A stretch of DNA of 64,000 nucleotides from Polyangiales bacterium (GCA_038231275.1 JBBRLQ010000031.1:1-64000); one strand, 5' to 3'. Shown: positions 39,416-49,822, numbered from the stretch's first letter. Translations and numbers: made by a program. The notes: generated by a model not told the origin, from the letters alone.

Positions 39416-41053
39416 ATGAAGTGCCAACTCGTCGTCGGGATCGTGATCCCATCATTGGCCGTGCTCGGTGGCGCGTGCGGCGGAGATGCGCCAGCCGACG
39501 GCGTCGCCCAGGGCCAAATGGTGCACCACGTCGGTACGGTCGCTCAGGCGTCCATCTCCGACCCTCAGCAGATAAGGGACATTCGCACCGTCAATCCGGC
39601 GGCCGGAATCATCCCGGTGCCGGCAGGATACGGGACGTATTGCAGCCTGATGAACGCCTCCGGCACCTTCAGATTCAACTGGGGCGGCGCCGGGAGCGAC
39701 GCGTGCGCGCCTTATCAAAATACCGGCACGTGGACCGTTCAGCGGGCGGGGCTCTGGTCGGTGAGCCACAACAACAACGCCATGGTCCAGTGCACCTCGG
39801 CGGGCGGCTTTGGCCTCGGCATGTGGTACGGGTCGGGTGACTCGGCGCTCATCGCTGCCAAGAATGGCGCGACCGGCTCGAGCGTCAACTGCGTCTTCAC
39901 CGTCGCGCCCTTCGCCCTTCCCATTTGGGGGAGCCCGATCAGGCTCTACGACTACACGCAGTACAACCAGTGGGGCTACAGCGTCTACGACGGGAACACC
40001 TACAAAATGCCGTGGAGCCCGACCGGTAGCTCGCAGGCGGCCGACGATCTGCAGAAGTACTCGCACATGCTCTGCGGGCCGGGACAGGGGACGCCGGGAG
40101 ACGCGGCGAACAAGCCGTGCACGACGACGGCGAACTGCGACCCCGGAATGATCTGTCACCACTTGGTCGCGTGGGATCAGGCGGCGTGCATCAACCCGCG
40201 GTGCGCCTCGGTCAGCCTCGACCGGACCGGCAAGGAGACGGTCTATGCGACCTCATGCGGCGTCGGCGCCATGGACGGCTGCAACGGCACCACCGAGCCG
40301 GTCGCGTTCGACGCGGTCGAGGGCGCGTACGACTGGAGCACGCTGATCGACACTCCGCTGATCGCGATGGCGGACGGCCTCGTGGTTGGCTCGCAGTGCC
40401 GGGATTGGCAGGACAACGGCGGAGGCCAAGCCGGCAACTGTCAGCAGGAGCTCTTCATCGAGCACCAAGTCGGAACCGGCGTGTACGCCGAGCACTTCGT
40501 CGCCATGTACCACCACATGGATTGGACGGGGAACGGGTGGCAAGACCCGAAGACCCTCGCGTGGTCGACCCTTCCTCCAGTAGGCACCGCCGTTCACAAG
40601 GGTGAGCAGGTCGGCCTCATCGGGCACTCGGGAAACGCCGGGAGCAACCACCTCGATCTCAGCGTCGTCAAGCTCACCAACCTGACCGGCGCGCGCGCCT
40701 ATCCGCTGGTCCCACAGAACGTGAACTACAACACGTGCGGGGGAAGCGCGCCGGCCTGCCCACTCGGCTACGGCTGCCAGCTGCGAAACAGCCCCAGCAC
40801 GAACTGCGCAACGCAAGGGACGAACGCGTGCGATTGCGTGAGCGGCTGGGGTGTCAATGGTGGTCCCGGCATCATCGATCCCTTCGGGTGGGCGGGCGTC
40901 GGCGTCGAGCCGCAAGCGTGGATGTTCATCGGCCTGCCCTCGTCCGCCACGTACTCGACCGTCACGCCCGGGGCCTACAGCATCAATCTCTTCGCGACGC
41001 CGGCGCCCGGAGAGCCGGTGATTCCCCCCACGGTCGGTCCTACGGTGCAGTGA
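39416..41053 (+). CDS. Cys-rich lipoprotein with a degenerate M23 peptidase-like domain
   Basis: GGAC lipobox; YDW...TPLIAMADG.V, YHHM, V.KGEQVGLIGHSGN..SNHLD. Confidence 0.72.
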   Translation: MKCQLVVGIVIPSLAVLGGACGGDAPADGVAQGQMVHHVGTVAQASISDPQQIRDIRTVNPAAGIIPVPAGYGTYCSLMNASGTFRFNWGGAGSDACAPYQNTGTWTVQRAGLWSVSHNNNAMVQCTSAGGFGLGMWYGSGDSALIAAKNGATGSSVNCVFTVAPFALPIWGSPIRLYDYTQYNQWGYSVYDGNTYKMPWSPTGSSQAADDLQKYSHMLCGPGQGTPGDAANKPCTTTANCDPGMICHHLVAWDQAACINPRCASVSLDRTGKETVYATSCGVGAMDGCNGTTEPVAFDAVEGAYDWSTLIDTPLIAMADGLVVGSQCRDWQDNGGGQAGNCQQELFIEHQVGTGVYAEHFVAMYHHMDWTGNGWQDPKTLAWSTLPPVGTAVHKGEQVGLIGHSGNAGSNHLDLSVVKLTNLTGARAYPLVPQNVNYNTCGGSAPACPLGYGCQLRNSPSTNCATQGTNACDCVSGWGVNGGPGIIDPFGWAGVGVEPQAWMFIGLPSSATYSTVTPGAYSINLFATPAPGEPVIPPTVGPTVQ

Positions 41054-41171
41054 GTGGAGCGAAGCGCAGCGGAGCGAAACGCATCCTGGCCGTGAGGAGC
41101 GAGCGCCCTCAAAAACTCGCCGGTCCGCGTGGCGATGACGCGAGACGCGCGCTCTGCTAGAACCCGGCGTC

Positions 41172-41675
41172 ATGGCGCTGAAGAACATCCTGCCGGCCTG
41201 TGGCCTCTACCGCACAACGAAGCCCCTCCCGGAGCACGACGCCGAGGTGCCCGCGGGCAGCCTCGTGTATTTCCACAACCACTCCGACTCGGGGCTGCCG
41301 GTCGTCATCGCGCCGGAGCACAACATCATGAACCGCTGGCATTTCCACGGTGCGGGCATTCCGTTCCGCGGTCTGTCGTGGGCCGACAGCCTGGTGAAGC
41401 TCCCGAACGAAGGCTTCTACTCGCTCCGGAAGGGGCTCGAGTTCGAAGGCGGCTCGTGGCCGAAGAGCACGCTCGTCCAGCTCGGATACACGAAGGCCGG
41501 CGATCCCATCCTCTTCATCGCGCAGCAGCGGGCGACGATGGAGGAAAACGATCTCTTCTTCTCGGACCGCGGCGTCGGCATCACGCGCGACCAGCTCGCC
41601 GTCCTCGAGCCCCTCGGCATCTTCATGGAGCCCGTCGCCGAAGGCGCCCACACCACCGGCACCCACGCTCACTGA
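41172..41675 (+). CDS. Hypothetical protein
   Basis: Good GC3 codon bias; YFHNH motif; no family recognised. Confidence 0.7.
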   Translation: MALKNILPACGLYRTTKPLPEHDAEVPAGSLVYFHNHSDSGLPVVIAPEHNIMNRWHFHGAGIPFRGLSWADSLVKLPNEGFYSLRKGLEFEGGSWPKSTLVQLGYTKAGDPILFIAQQRATMEENDLFFSDRGVGITRDQLAVLEPLGIFMEPVAEGAHTTGTHAH

Positions 41676-41678
41676 GGC

Positions 41679-42107
41679 TCACTCCTTCGGCTCCTCCGGA
41701 GCCGGAGGCGGCGGCGCGCTTTCGTGGGTTCCCGAGAGGCCCGTGAATTCGACGCCGACGATGACGCCGTCGGGTTCTTCTTGGACCCACACGACGCGCC
41801 CTTTGCGGGGAGGGCCGTCGCCGGTGCCGACGTCGATCTCGAACTCCTGGCCGACCGCGATCTTTTCTTCGAGGATGACGCGAACGCCGCCGCGGCTAAC
41901 GTTGAGCGCCCAGCCCTCGTGGTGGAGCTTGCCCTCGGCGTCACGGAAATAGACGCGCGTTGACACCTCGCGTCGGGCTCCGCCACGGCGCATCGCGTGC
42001 TGCCCTTCCTCGTCGCTGGCACCCGTCAGAGGGGACGCCGACGGCGGGGCCGCGGGGGGTGTGGGTGGCGTGGGATTACGGCGGTTGGTCACGGCGCGTC
42101 CAAGCAT
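41679..42107 (-). CDS. PilZ-domain protein
   Basis: RRGGAR (RxxxR) and NVSRGG (N/DxSxxG) motifs; GRVVW...GVEF. Start uncertain. Confidence 0.8.
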   Translation of the reverse strand: MLGRAVTNRRNPTPPTPPAAPPSASPLTGASDEEGQHAMRRGGARREVSTRVYFRDAEGKLHHEGWALNVSRGGVRVILEEKIAVGQEFEIDVGTGDGPPRKGRVVWVQEEPDGVIVGVEFTGLSGTHESAPPPPAPEEPKE

Positions 42108-42338
42108 CCTAGCAGGTCTTCAAAAGAGGAATGGAAAGAGGCGCTTAGACCCGGGCGGCGGATCGCCCCGCCGAGGCTCCCGCAGGCGGCGGAAGTCTCC
42201 GCTCCACGACGAGCGCTTGACGTCGAACCGCGCGGGGAAGAGAATTTGGTGCGTCAATCCAAGATCATCCCGTACGGTTTCCCGGTGGCGAGGATTTGAA
42301 ATAGGTACCCTGGGGGGTGGCGGCGAGAAGAACCCACA

Positions 42339-42761
42339 GTGACGCCTCAACAACTAAAAAAAGCCCTGGTCGCGGCAGGATTCGAAGTCTTCCGCACGCT
42401 TGGCGATGATGTCGTTCTCGCGGACCGGGTGCGCGAGAACCTCATCATGGACTCGGGCGTCCGGCTCAGGTCGGGGGAGCCGCTCCAGGTGAAGGTGGTC
42501 CTTCGGGCCCAGCGCGTCGACTTTCCGAGCGAGGAAGAGGGCGAGCTCTTCGCCCGGGTGCGCGCGTACGGCAAAGAGGTCGTCTCGATGGGCTTCGCCG
42601 AGATCGCCGCGACCGCCACGAAGGTCACGGATCCGGCCGACGCCGAGCGCACGCTCGACACGTTCTACGAGGTCACCTTCGCGAAGGACGTCGGCGACAT
42701 GGAGTCGGCTCTGCCTGAGCTGAAGTTCGCCATGGCGCTCGACAAAGCCGTCCGAAAGTAG
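42339..42761 (+). CDS. Hypothetical protein
   Basis: Codon bias consistent with coding; LADRVRENLIMDSGV motif. Confidence 0.7.
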   Translation: MTPQQLKKALVAAGFEVFRTLGDDVVLADRVRENLIMDSGVRLRSGEPLQVKVVLRAQRVDFPSEEEGELFARVRAYGKEVVSMGFAEIAATATKVTDPADAERTLDTFYEVTFAKDVGDMESALPELKFAMALDKAVRK

Positions 42762-42838
42762 CCGCCGGCGCGCGCGCGTCGCTCGAGGGCAATGCGCGCT
42801 GGGCATCGAAGGGCGTTTTGCGCTAAGACCGCCCTCCC

Positions 42839-44680
42839 ATGCTCGACCTCTTCCGGAAGCGGGGCCTTTCCTCGATCGTCTACGGCGTCATCATCGTGGC
42901 GACGATCCTGGTCTTCGTGATCCAGTTCCGCCCAAACGCCGGTCAGCAGACCGCGTCGCTCAAAGAAGCGTGCGTCGTCCTCGTCAAAGGCCACTGCGTC
43001 AACCCCAAGTCGTACAAGGCGGCCTATCGCCTCCTGATCCCGCGCGACTCCCAGGGCAACTTGCTCACGGCGCGCGCGCGGCAGATGCACCTCGGTCAGG
43101 TCACTGCCGACGGGCTCGTCGAGCGAGAGCTGCTCGTGAGCGAGGCCGACCGCATCGGCGTCCGCGCGACGCCCGACGAGGTCGACCAAGAGATCCTGAA
43201 CGGCTTCATCCACGTCTCGATCCCCAGCGACAACCCGTTCCTCGCGAGCTCGCTCCGCGTCGCCGACGGGAAAATCTACGCCGGCTTCAAGGATCAGAAG
43301 ACCAAGCAGTTCGACTACAAGGTCTACGAGCGCAGCATCCGCATGCTGACGGGCAAGAGCGCCACCGAGTTCAAGGAGGAGCAGGAGCGCGAGCTCGTCG
43401 CCGCGAAGATGCGCGACATGATCCGTTCGCCCATCCGCGTCTCCGACGCCGAGGCGCTCGAGATGTACGTCTCCGAGAAGAGCAACGCGAAGGTCTCCTA
43501 CGTGGAGCTGAAATCGACGTGGCTCGGGCGCTGGGCGACGACGGTGAGGGACGCCGACGTCGACGCGTGGCTCAAGGACAAGACCAATCAGGCGATCGTC
43601 GACTCGACGATGACCGGGCGCGAGAAGGACAGCGCGCCGGTGAAGGATCACATCCGGCATATCCTCGTGAAGGTGAGCCCCGACGCGCGCACCGAGGACA
43701 AGGCACTGGCGCTCGGCCGCATCGCGAAGGCCTACGGCCGCGTGAAGGCGGGCGAGGCGTTCGCCGACGTCGCGCGTGAGGTCAGCGAGGACACCAGCAA
43801 CACGCACGGCGGCGACGTCGGCGACAAGACCGACGGCTTCGTCGAGCCCTTTAAGCTCGCCGCCGACGCGCTCAAGCCCGGCGAGATGACGAACGAGGCG
43901 ATCGAGACCCAGTTCGGCTACCACCTCATCTACAAAGACGATCCCGCGAAGAAAGACGACGTGATCGCGAAGCTCAAGAGGGGCGCGGCGCGGCAGCTCT
44001 ATCTGAAGCACGTCACGCTGGAGCTCGGGAAGACGCTCGCCGCGAAGGTGCGCGACGACATCAAGGGCGGCAAGAGCGCGGAGGACGCGGCGAAGGCCGT
44101 GGTCGCGCAGTACACGAAGGCGCCCGAGAAGCTCCCGGCGATTGCGGTGCACGGCGCGGCCAAAGCGACGGGTGCGAAAGACGCGAAGGACGCGGGCGCG
44201 GCCGACGCGACCACCGCGGCCGGCGACGGCGGCGCGCCCAAGCCGGCGGCCATCGAGCCCAAGGCGCCGAGCGCCGACACCGATCCCGATCGCCCCCAGG
44301 TGCAGACGTCGGCCGGGTTCAACAAAGGCGGCGACGCGATCAGCGAGCTGTCGAACGACACGTCGGCCGAGGTGAACAAGTTCGCCTTTTCGAGCAAGGA
44401 CGGCGACGTGATGGCCGAGCCGCTCCGCACCGACGGCGGCTACATGGTCGTGCAGCTCAAGGAGCACAAGACGTCGTCGAAGGAGGAGTTCGACAAGGAG
44501 CGCGAGACGTACGTGCAGACGCTCCTCGCCGCCAAGCAAGCCGAGTCGCTCGCCCTCTACGTGAAGCGCCTCCGCGAGTCGAGCAAGGCCGACGTGAAGA
44601 TCGACGAGAATTTCACGAAGGAAGCGACCGGCAAGGACGGCGGCGCGCCGAGCGACTTCGACGAGGACGAGCAGCAGTAA
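42839..44680 (+). CDS. PpiD/SurA-type periplasmic chaperone with parvulin PPIase domain
   Basis: N-terminal TM, SurA-like region, HILVK...FADVAREVSED...GGDVG...ETQFGYHLI. Confidence 0.88.
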   Translation: MLDLFRKRGLSSIVYGVIIVATILVFVIQFRPNAGQQTASLKEACVVLVKGHCVNPKSYKAAYRLLIPRDSQGNLLTARARQMHLGQVTADGLVERELLVSEADRIGVRATPDEVDQEILNGFIHVSIPSDNPFLASSLRVADGKIYAGFKDQKTKQFDYKVYERSIRMLTGKSATEFKEEQERELVAAKMRDMIRSPIRVSDAEALEMYVSEKSNAKVSYVELKSTWLGRWATTVRDADVDAWLKDKTNQAIVDSTMTGREKDSAPVKDHIRHILVKVSPDARTEDKALALGRIAKAYGRVKAGEAFADVAREVSEDTSNTHGGDVGDKTDGFVEPFKLAADALKPGEMTNEAIETQFGYHLIYKDDPAKKDDVIAKLKRGAARQLYLKHVTLELGKTLAAKVRDDIKGGKSAEDAAKAVVAQYTKAPEKLPAIAVHGAAKATGAKDAKDAGAADATTAAGDGGAPKPAAIEPKAPSADTDPDRPQVQTSAGFNKGGDAISELSNDTSAEVNKFAFSSKDGDVMAEPLRTDGGYMVVQLKEHKTSSKEEFDKERETYVQTLLAAKQAESLALYVKRLRESSKADVKIDENFTKEATGKDGGAPSDFDEDEQQ

Positions 44681-44718
44681 CCAGCAGCCGCCGGCCGTAG
44701 GAAGAGGAGCGCGTCTTG

Positions 44719-46014
44719 ATGGAGAGCCTGCGGGCGCAAACGACGGTCCTCGCCAACGGCCTGCGGGTCATCACGACGCCGCAACCGCAGCTCCATCGCG
44801 CGCACGTCGCGTGCTACGTGCGCGTGGGATCGCGCTTCGAGGAGAAGGCCATCAACGGCGTGAGCCATTTTCTCGAGCACATGCTGTACCGGGGCACCGA
44901 TCGGCTGCCCTCCGCGCACGAAGTGAACCTCGCGTTCGAGCAGCACGGCGGGTACTTGTATGCTGCAACTCAGGCCGATTTCGGCGTCTATTCGCTGACG
45001 TTGCCGCCCGAGTCGCTGGCGACCACGTGCGATCTGTTCGCCGACGTCCTGCTTCGGCCACGCTTCTTCGACATCGAGATCGAAAAGGGGATCGTAGAAG
45101 AAGAGATCCGCGAGGACCTCGACGACGACGGGCGGCAAATCGACGCCGACAACCTCTCGCGCGAGCTGATCTATCCGACCCATCCGCTCGGCTTCACGAT
45201 CACAGGCACGGCCGAGACCGTGCGCGGGTTCGACGTGCCAACGCTCGCGACGCACCACGCGCGGCACTACACGGCGGCGTCGAGCGTGCTCGCGTTCTCT
45301 GGCGCGGTGATCCACGCCGAGGCGGTGGAGCTGGCCGAGAAATGGTTCTCGGCGATGCCGCGCGGCGAGCGGGTAAAGACGGAGGCGCCGACGCACGCTC
45401 AGAAGAAGCCGCGCGTGCGCATCGTCGACGACCAAGGCAGCCAGACCGATCTGCGCGTGTGCTTCCACGCGCCCGCGGAGGGAGCGAAGGAGCGACCGGC
45501 GCTCGACATGCTGATGCGCCTCATCGACGACGGCATGTCGACGCGGCTCTACCATCGCATCTGCGACAGCCAAGGCCTCTGCTACGACGTCACCTGCGGG
45601 TACGACGGCTACGAGGACGACGGCGTCGTGGACTTCGCGGCGGGCGTCGCGCACGAGCGCACGGCGAAGGTGACCGGAGAAATCTTGGCGCTGATGCGCG
45701 AGCTCGCCAACGACGGGCCGAGCGAGGACGAGATGGCGAAGGCGAAGCGGCGCGCGCGGTGGGAGGTCACGCAGCTGGCGGACTCCGCCGAGGACCTCGC
45801 GGGCTTTTACGCGCACACCGCGATCTTCGGCCACGACACGACGCCCGAGGCGGAGCTGCAGAAGACGCTCGCGGTTACGCTCGACGAAGTGCGCGAGATG
45901 GCGCGCACGCTGGCGCAGCCGGACCGGCTCAACGTGCTCGCGGTGGGGATGCTCGATCGCGGGGAGGACCGACGGCTCGTCGACACCGTGAAAGAGTGGA
46001 AGGGCGGCGCTTAG
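44719..46014 (+). CDS. M16 family zinc peptidase
   Basis: LANGLRV, VGSRFE, inverted zincin HFLEH, EKGIVEEE. Confidence 0.92.
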   Translation: MESLRAQTTVLANGLRVITTPQPQLHRAHVACYVRVGSRFEEKAINGVSHFLEHMLYRGTDRLPSAHEVNLAFEQHGGYLYAATQADFGVYSLTLPPESLATTCDLFADVLLRPRFFDIEIEKGIVEEEIREDLDDDGRQIDADNLSRELIYPTHPLGFTITGTAETVRGFDVPTLATHHARHYTAASSVLAFSGAVIHAEAVELAEKWFSAMPRGERVKTEAPTHAQKKPRVRIVDDQGSQTDLRVCFHAPAEGAKERPALDMLMRLIDDGMSTRLYHRICDSQGLCYDVTCGYDGYEDDGVVDFAAGVAHERTAKVTGEILALMRELANDGPSEDEMAKAKRRARWEVTQLADSAEDLAGFYAHTAIFGHDTTPEAELQKTLAVTLDEVREMARTLAQPDRLNVLAVGMLDRGEDRRLVDTVKEWKGGA

Positions 46015-46907
46015 CCTAGCTTCGCGTCGAAGTGCGCGAGCAGCGCGGCCGCCAACGGATCGGGCTGCGTCCAGTGCATCATGTGGCCAGCCCCCGCCAG
46101 CGTGACGCGCGAGAGGTTCCCGATCGCCGCAAGCCGATCCTCCTCGTCGGGCGGATGCCAGCCGAGCGGACCGCCTTCGACGTAGAGCGTGGGCGCGGTG
46201 ATCTTCTTCGCGAACTCGACGAACAGGTTGCGGAAGAAGGGCATCGGCGACGTCGTGCGGTGAAGCGGATCGTGCTTCCACGCGACCTTGCCGTCGCCGG
46301 CGTCGCGCGTGAGGTGGTGGAGACGCTCCTCGAGCACCGCGTCGCCGACGTTCGGGTGATTTCCCTTCAAGCGGCGTAGGGCATCCGCGCGATCCATCGC
46401 GCGCTCGGCGCCCCGCTTCCGGGCCGCGCGGACGCCGTCGATCCAGCTCCGCGCGCGCACGGGCCCGACCTCGAAGCCGTTGTCGGGCGGGCCGAGACCT
46501 TCGAGCAGCGCGAGCTTCGTGATCCGCTCGGGGAACGTGCCGGCGTAGAGCGTCGAGACGGTGCCGCCCATCGAGTGACCAACGAGATAGAGCGGCGACG
46601 GAGCGACCAGATCGTCGACGAGGTCGGCGACGTCGAAGACGTAGTCCATGAAGTGGTAGTAGCCGCCGGCAGGGACGCGCGCGGTCTCGCCGTAGCCGCG
46701 GAGATCCGGCGCGAGGACGCGGAGCCCTCCAGCGACGAGCGCGGGGGCGACGAGATCCCAGGTGGCGCCGCCGTCCATGAAACCGTGAAGGAGGAGCGCG
46801 GTCGCGCGGAAGTCGGGCGGCGCCCACTCGAGGACGCGGTAGTCGAGGCCATTGGCGACGACGCGGAGGACGTTGGGAGGACCAGGTCGGGATCGGGGTT
46901 CGTTCAC
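46011..46907 (-). CDS. Alpha/beta-fold hydrolase
   Basis: LHGF, DLRGYG, GHSMGG nucleophile elbow, AGHMMH. Confidence 0.9.
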   Translation of the reverse strand: MNEPRSRPGPPNVLRVVANGLDYRVLEWAPPDFRATALLLHGFMDGGATWDLVAPALVAGGLRVLAPDLRGYGETARVPAGGYYHFMDYVFDVADLVDDLVAPSPLYLVGHSMGGTVSTLYAGTFPERITKLALLEGLGPPDNGFEVGPVRARSWIDGVRAARKRGAERAMDRADALRRLKGNHPNVGDAVLEERLHHLTRDAGDGKVAWKHDPLHRTTSPMPFFRNLFVEFAKKITAPTLYVEGGPLGWHPPDEEDRLAAIGNLSRVTLAGAGHMMHWTQPDPLAAALLAHFDAKLG

Positions 46908-46935
46908 GCGTCGTCCAGCCTACTATTGGACGAGG

Positions 46936-47745
46936 ATGGACGCCGCAGCCCTCTCGCTCGCGCTAGTCGCCGCGCTGCGCGGACCTGTCTCGACGGGGGG
47001 CGGCCATGCGACGGCGCTCGTGGACGCACCTGCCGGAACGGTCGTGAGCGCGGTCGAGCTCGACGGCTGCCGCGCGACGCCGCGAGGCGCGACCGAGCGT
47101 GCGCCGGTCACGTGGGCCATCGCGTTCGACCCCGCGTTCGCCGAGAAGGAGCGCTTCCGCGACGCACGCCAAATTGCGCTGTATTTCGTTTCGCACGTCC
47201 AGGCCGGCGACCGCATGAACGTCCTCGTCGTAGGGCCGGATGCGACGCGCTCGTCCGGCTTCCACGGCCTCGAAGACCTCGTGGCGCTCCGCGCGCCGAT
47301 CGACAGTGCGCTCGATCCGACGACGCCTCGGCACGACGACGCCGGCGCGTGGGATCTCCTCTCTCTGGCGCGCTCTGAGGGTCGGGTGGCGCCGAACACG
47401 CCGGGCGAGGCCTCTCTTCACGTCGCGGTCGCGATCGACGGCGCGCGTGGGGGAGCGCGCGTGCGCGTGTCGGGCGAGGCAGTGGAGCTCGACGAGATCC
47501 TCCCGCCGGGCACGTCCCAGTCTCGGGGCCCGCGCCTCGTCGCAGAGGTCGCCGGACGCCTCGCGGCCGTCTCACGCGCACACTTCGACGTCACGTGCGC
47601 GACGCCCGAGCCGCAGGACGCGACGACGGCGACGACGACGACGACGACGAGCGGCGCGGAGGGACGGACGTTCCTCATCGCGGGAGCGGCGGCCGTGTGT
47701 GCGCTGCTCGTCGCGCTCGTCTGGCGCGCCGCGCGCCGCGGATGA
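46936..47745 (+). CDS. Hypothetical exported protein with C-terminal TM anchor (possible degenerate vWA fold)
   Basis: N-terminal hydrophobic segment, AIAFD...GDRMNVLVVG, poly-Thr linker, TM followed by RAARRG. Confidence 0.55.
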   Translation: MDAAALSLALVAALRGPVSTGGGHATALVDAPAGTVVSAVELDGCRATPRGATERAPVTWAIAFDPAFAEKERFRDARQIALYFVSHVQAGDRMNVLVVGPDATRSSGFHGLEDLVALRAPIDSALDPTTPRHDDAGAWDLLSLARSEGRVAPNTPGEASLHVAVAIDGARGGARVRVSGEAVELDEILPPGTSQSRGPRLVAEVAGRLAAVSRAHFDVTCATPEPQDATTATTTTTTSGAEGRTFLIAGAAAVCALLVALVWRAARRG

Positions 47746-47760
47746 TACGTTCGGGCCCGG

Positions 47761-48762
47761 ATGGCCCATACGATCACCCTCATCCCCGGGGACGGCATCG
47801 GCCCCGAGGTCGCCGAGGCCACCAAGCGCGTCCTCGCCGCCGTGGGCGTCCGAATCGACTGGGAGACGCACGACGCAGGCGCCGCAGTGGCCGAGAAGCG
47901 CGGCACCACGCTCCCCAGCGAGGTGCTCGACTCGGTCCGCAAGAACAAGGTCGCGCTCAAGGGTCCGATCGGCACGCCCATCGGCAAGGGCTTCCGCTCC
48001 GTCAACGTGACCTTGCGGCAGGCGCTCGATCTCTACGCGAACGTCCGCCCCGTCCGCAGCCTCCCCGGCGTCGAGCCGCGCTTCGAGGGGACCGACATCG
48101 TGATCGTCCGAGAAAATACGGAAGATCTGTACGCCGGGCTCGAGCTCATGATCATGCCGGGCATCGCACAGTCCATCAAGCTCATCACCGAGAAGGGGTG
48201 CCTCCGCATTTGCGAGTACGCGTTCGCGTACGCCGAGCGCATGGGCCGCAAGCGCGTCACCGCGGTGCACAAGGCGAACATCATGAAGCTCTCGGACGGC
48301 ATGTTCCTCGAGGTCTTCCGCAAGGTGGCGCTGGCCCACCCGAAGATCGAGCCGGCCGAGATGATCGTCGACGCGACGGCGATGACCATGGTCAGAAACG
48401 CCAACCGCCTCGACGTCATCGTGACCGAGAACCTGTACGGCGACATCTTGAGCGATCTCGCGGCGGGCCTCGTGGGCGGCCTCGGCATCGTCCCCGGCGC
48501 GAACATCGGCGAGGGCGCGGCGATCTTCGAGGCGGTCCACGGCACCGCGCCGGACATCGCCGGCAAGGGGATCGCGAACCCTACCGCGCTGATCCAGAGC
48601 GCCGTGATGATGCTCCACCACATCGGCGAGTCGGCCGCCGGCGATCGCATCGAGCACGCCCTCGTCGAGCTGTACCGAAGCCGCGCGGCGCTCACCGGCG
48701 ATCTCGGCGGCACGGCGACCACCGACCAGTTCACCGACGCGCTCTGCACACGCGTCGCCTGA
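47761..48762 (+). CDS. Isocitrate dehydrogenase (NAD-type) / isopropylmalate dehydrogenase family
   Basis: PGDGIGPE, SVNVTLRQ, RENTEDLY, HKANIMK, NLYGDILSD, EAVHGTAPDIAGK. Confidence 0.92.
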   Translation: MAHTITLIPGDGIGPEVAEATKRVLAAVGVRIDWETHDAGAAVAEKRGTTLPSEVLDSVRKNKVALKGPIGTPIGKGFRSVNVTLRQALDLYANVRPVRSLPGVEPRFEGTDIVIVRENTEDLYAGLELMIMPGIAQSIKLITEKGCLRICEYAFAYAERMGRKRVTAVHKANIMKLSDGMFLEVFRKVALAHPKIEPAEMIVDATAMTMVRNANRLDVIVTENLYGDILSDLAAGLVGGLGIVPGANIGEGAAIFEAVHGTAPDIAGKGIANPTALIQSAVMMLHHIGESAAGDRIEHALVELYRSRAALTGDLGGTATTDQFTDALCTRVA

Positions 48763-48849
48763 CCAAGACCCGCGGAGCGCCCGACGGGCGACCCGCGCGG
48801 ATCGTCTTCTTGCTCCTGATGCCGCCGCGGGCCTTCGAGCAAGCCTCGC

Positions 48850-49743
48850 TCATCTGAAAATCGCGAGCGTCGCGCCCAGGACGACGAGCGCCGCGCCCAC
48901 CGCCTCGCGCGGCGATGGAGTCGCGCCCATCGCCAGGGCTCCGATCGCGAGCGAGCCCACCGTCTCGCCGGGCGACGCCATCGCGACGATCGCCGGCGGC
49001 ACGCTGCGCGCGGCGTTCTGGAGGAGCGTGTGCCCGACCAGGGTAGGCACGAGCCCCAGCGCGAGCACGGCCAGCCACGAGGACGCCGGCGCGCTCGTCC
49101 CCTGGACCGCCCGGAGCGCCATCGGCGCGAGGAGAAGCGTGCATACTGCATACACGGCGCCCGCGTAGGGCAGCGGCGGCATCGCGTCGCGCAAGCCCCG
49201 CGCGGCGGCGACGTACGCGCCGAACACGACCACCGCGCCGAGGACCATCAAATCTCCGCCGAGCCGGTGCTCGCCCTCCCCGGCGCCGCTCGCGACGACG
49301 AGCGCCCCCGCGGTCGCCACGACCACGCCGATGCTCTCGCGCCGGGTCGGACGGATCCCGAACGCGGCCCACGCGACGAGGACCACGCTGAGCGGCTCGA
49401 GCGAAACCAGTGACACCGCGGCGGGGAGCGACGTCGCGGCGAGGCCCATCATGAAGAGCGCAAAATGCGCCGCGAGAAGCGCGCCGGCGCCGAAGAGGGC
49501 GAGGCGATGGCGAGGCGAGAGCGCGGCGACAGCGCGCGCTGTGGCGAGGGGTTGGAAGAGGAGCAGCAGCGTGCCCGCGACGAGGGTGCGGCCGGCGGCC
49601 ACGGCGATCGCGGGCACCCCGACGGCGAGTCGGGCGAGCGGAGACGCGGTAGAGAACGCGAGCGCCGCGACGAAGACGAGGAGGGCGGCGCGGGACGCGC
49701 GCATGCGGTCACGTACCACTTTTCGGGCGGGACCGAGCGCCAA
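48850..49743 (-). CDS. DMT/EamA family transporter
   Basis: About ten TMs in two EamA halves; AAHF, GDLMVL, LVGHT. Start may be the ATG at 49704. Confidence 0.85.
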   Translation of the reverse strand: MALGPARKVVRDRMRASRAALLVFVAALAFSTASPLARLAVGVPAIAVAAGRTLVAGTLLLLFQPLATARAVAALSPRHRLALFGAGALLAAHFALFMMGLAATSLPAAVSLVSLEPLSVVLVAWAAFGIRPTRRESIGVVVATAGALVVASGAGEGEHRLGGDLMVLGAVVVFGAYVAAARGLRDAMPPLPYAGAVYAVCTLLLAPMALRAVQGTSAPASSWLAVLALGLVPTLVGHTLLQNAARSVPPAIVAMASPGETVGSLAIGALAMGATPSPREAVGAALVVLGATLAIFR

Positions 49744-49822
49744 TTGCCCGTTCCGTTCGGACGTCGTTCCCTCTAGCGTGTGTCACTGGGCCTCACTCGG
49801 GCCCGGGCAAGAGGAGACGACG

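Noticed and set aside
41056..41083. Short duplication GGAGCGAAGCGCA / GGAGCGAAACGCA as a REP or insertion scar
   Set aside because: Only two copies, no other instance noticed in the window, and no mobile element nearby.
42108..42338. 231-bp intergenic region with GC hairpins as a possible ncRNA or riboswitch
   Set aside because: No recognisable tRNA, SRP, 6S or riboswitch motif; explained as a divergent promoter region. An Rfam search would settle it.
49331..49822. 348-aa ORF suggesting an Hcp fusion protein
   Set aside because: The upstream part is antisense to the EamA gene; an SD and ATG are present at 49811-49825.
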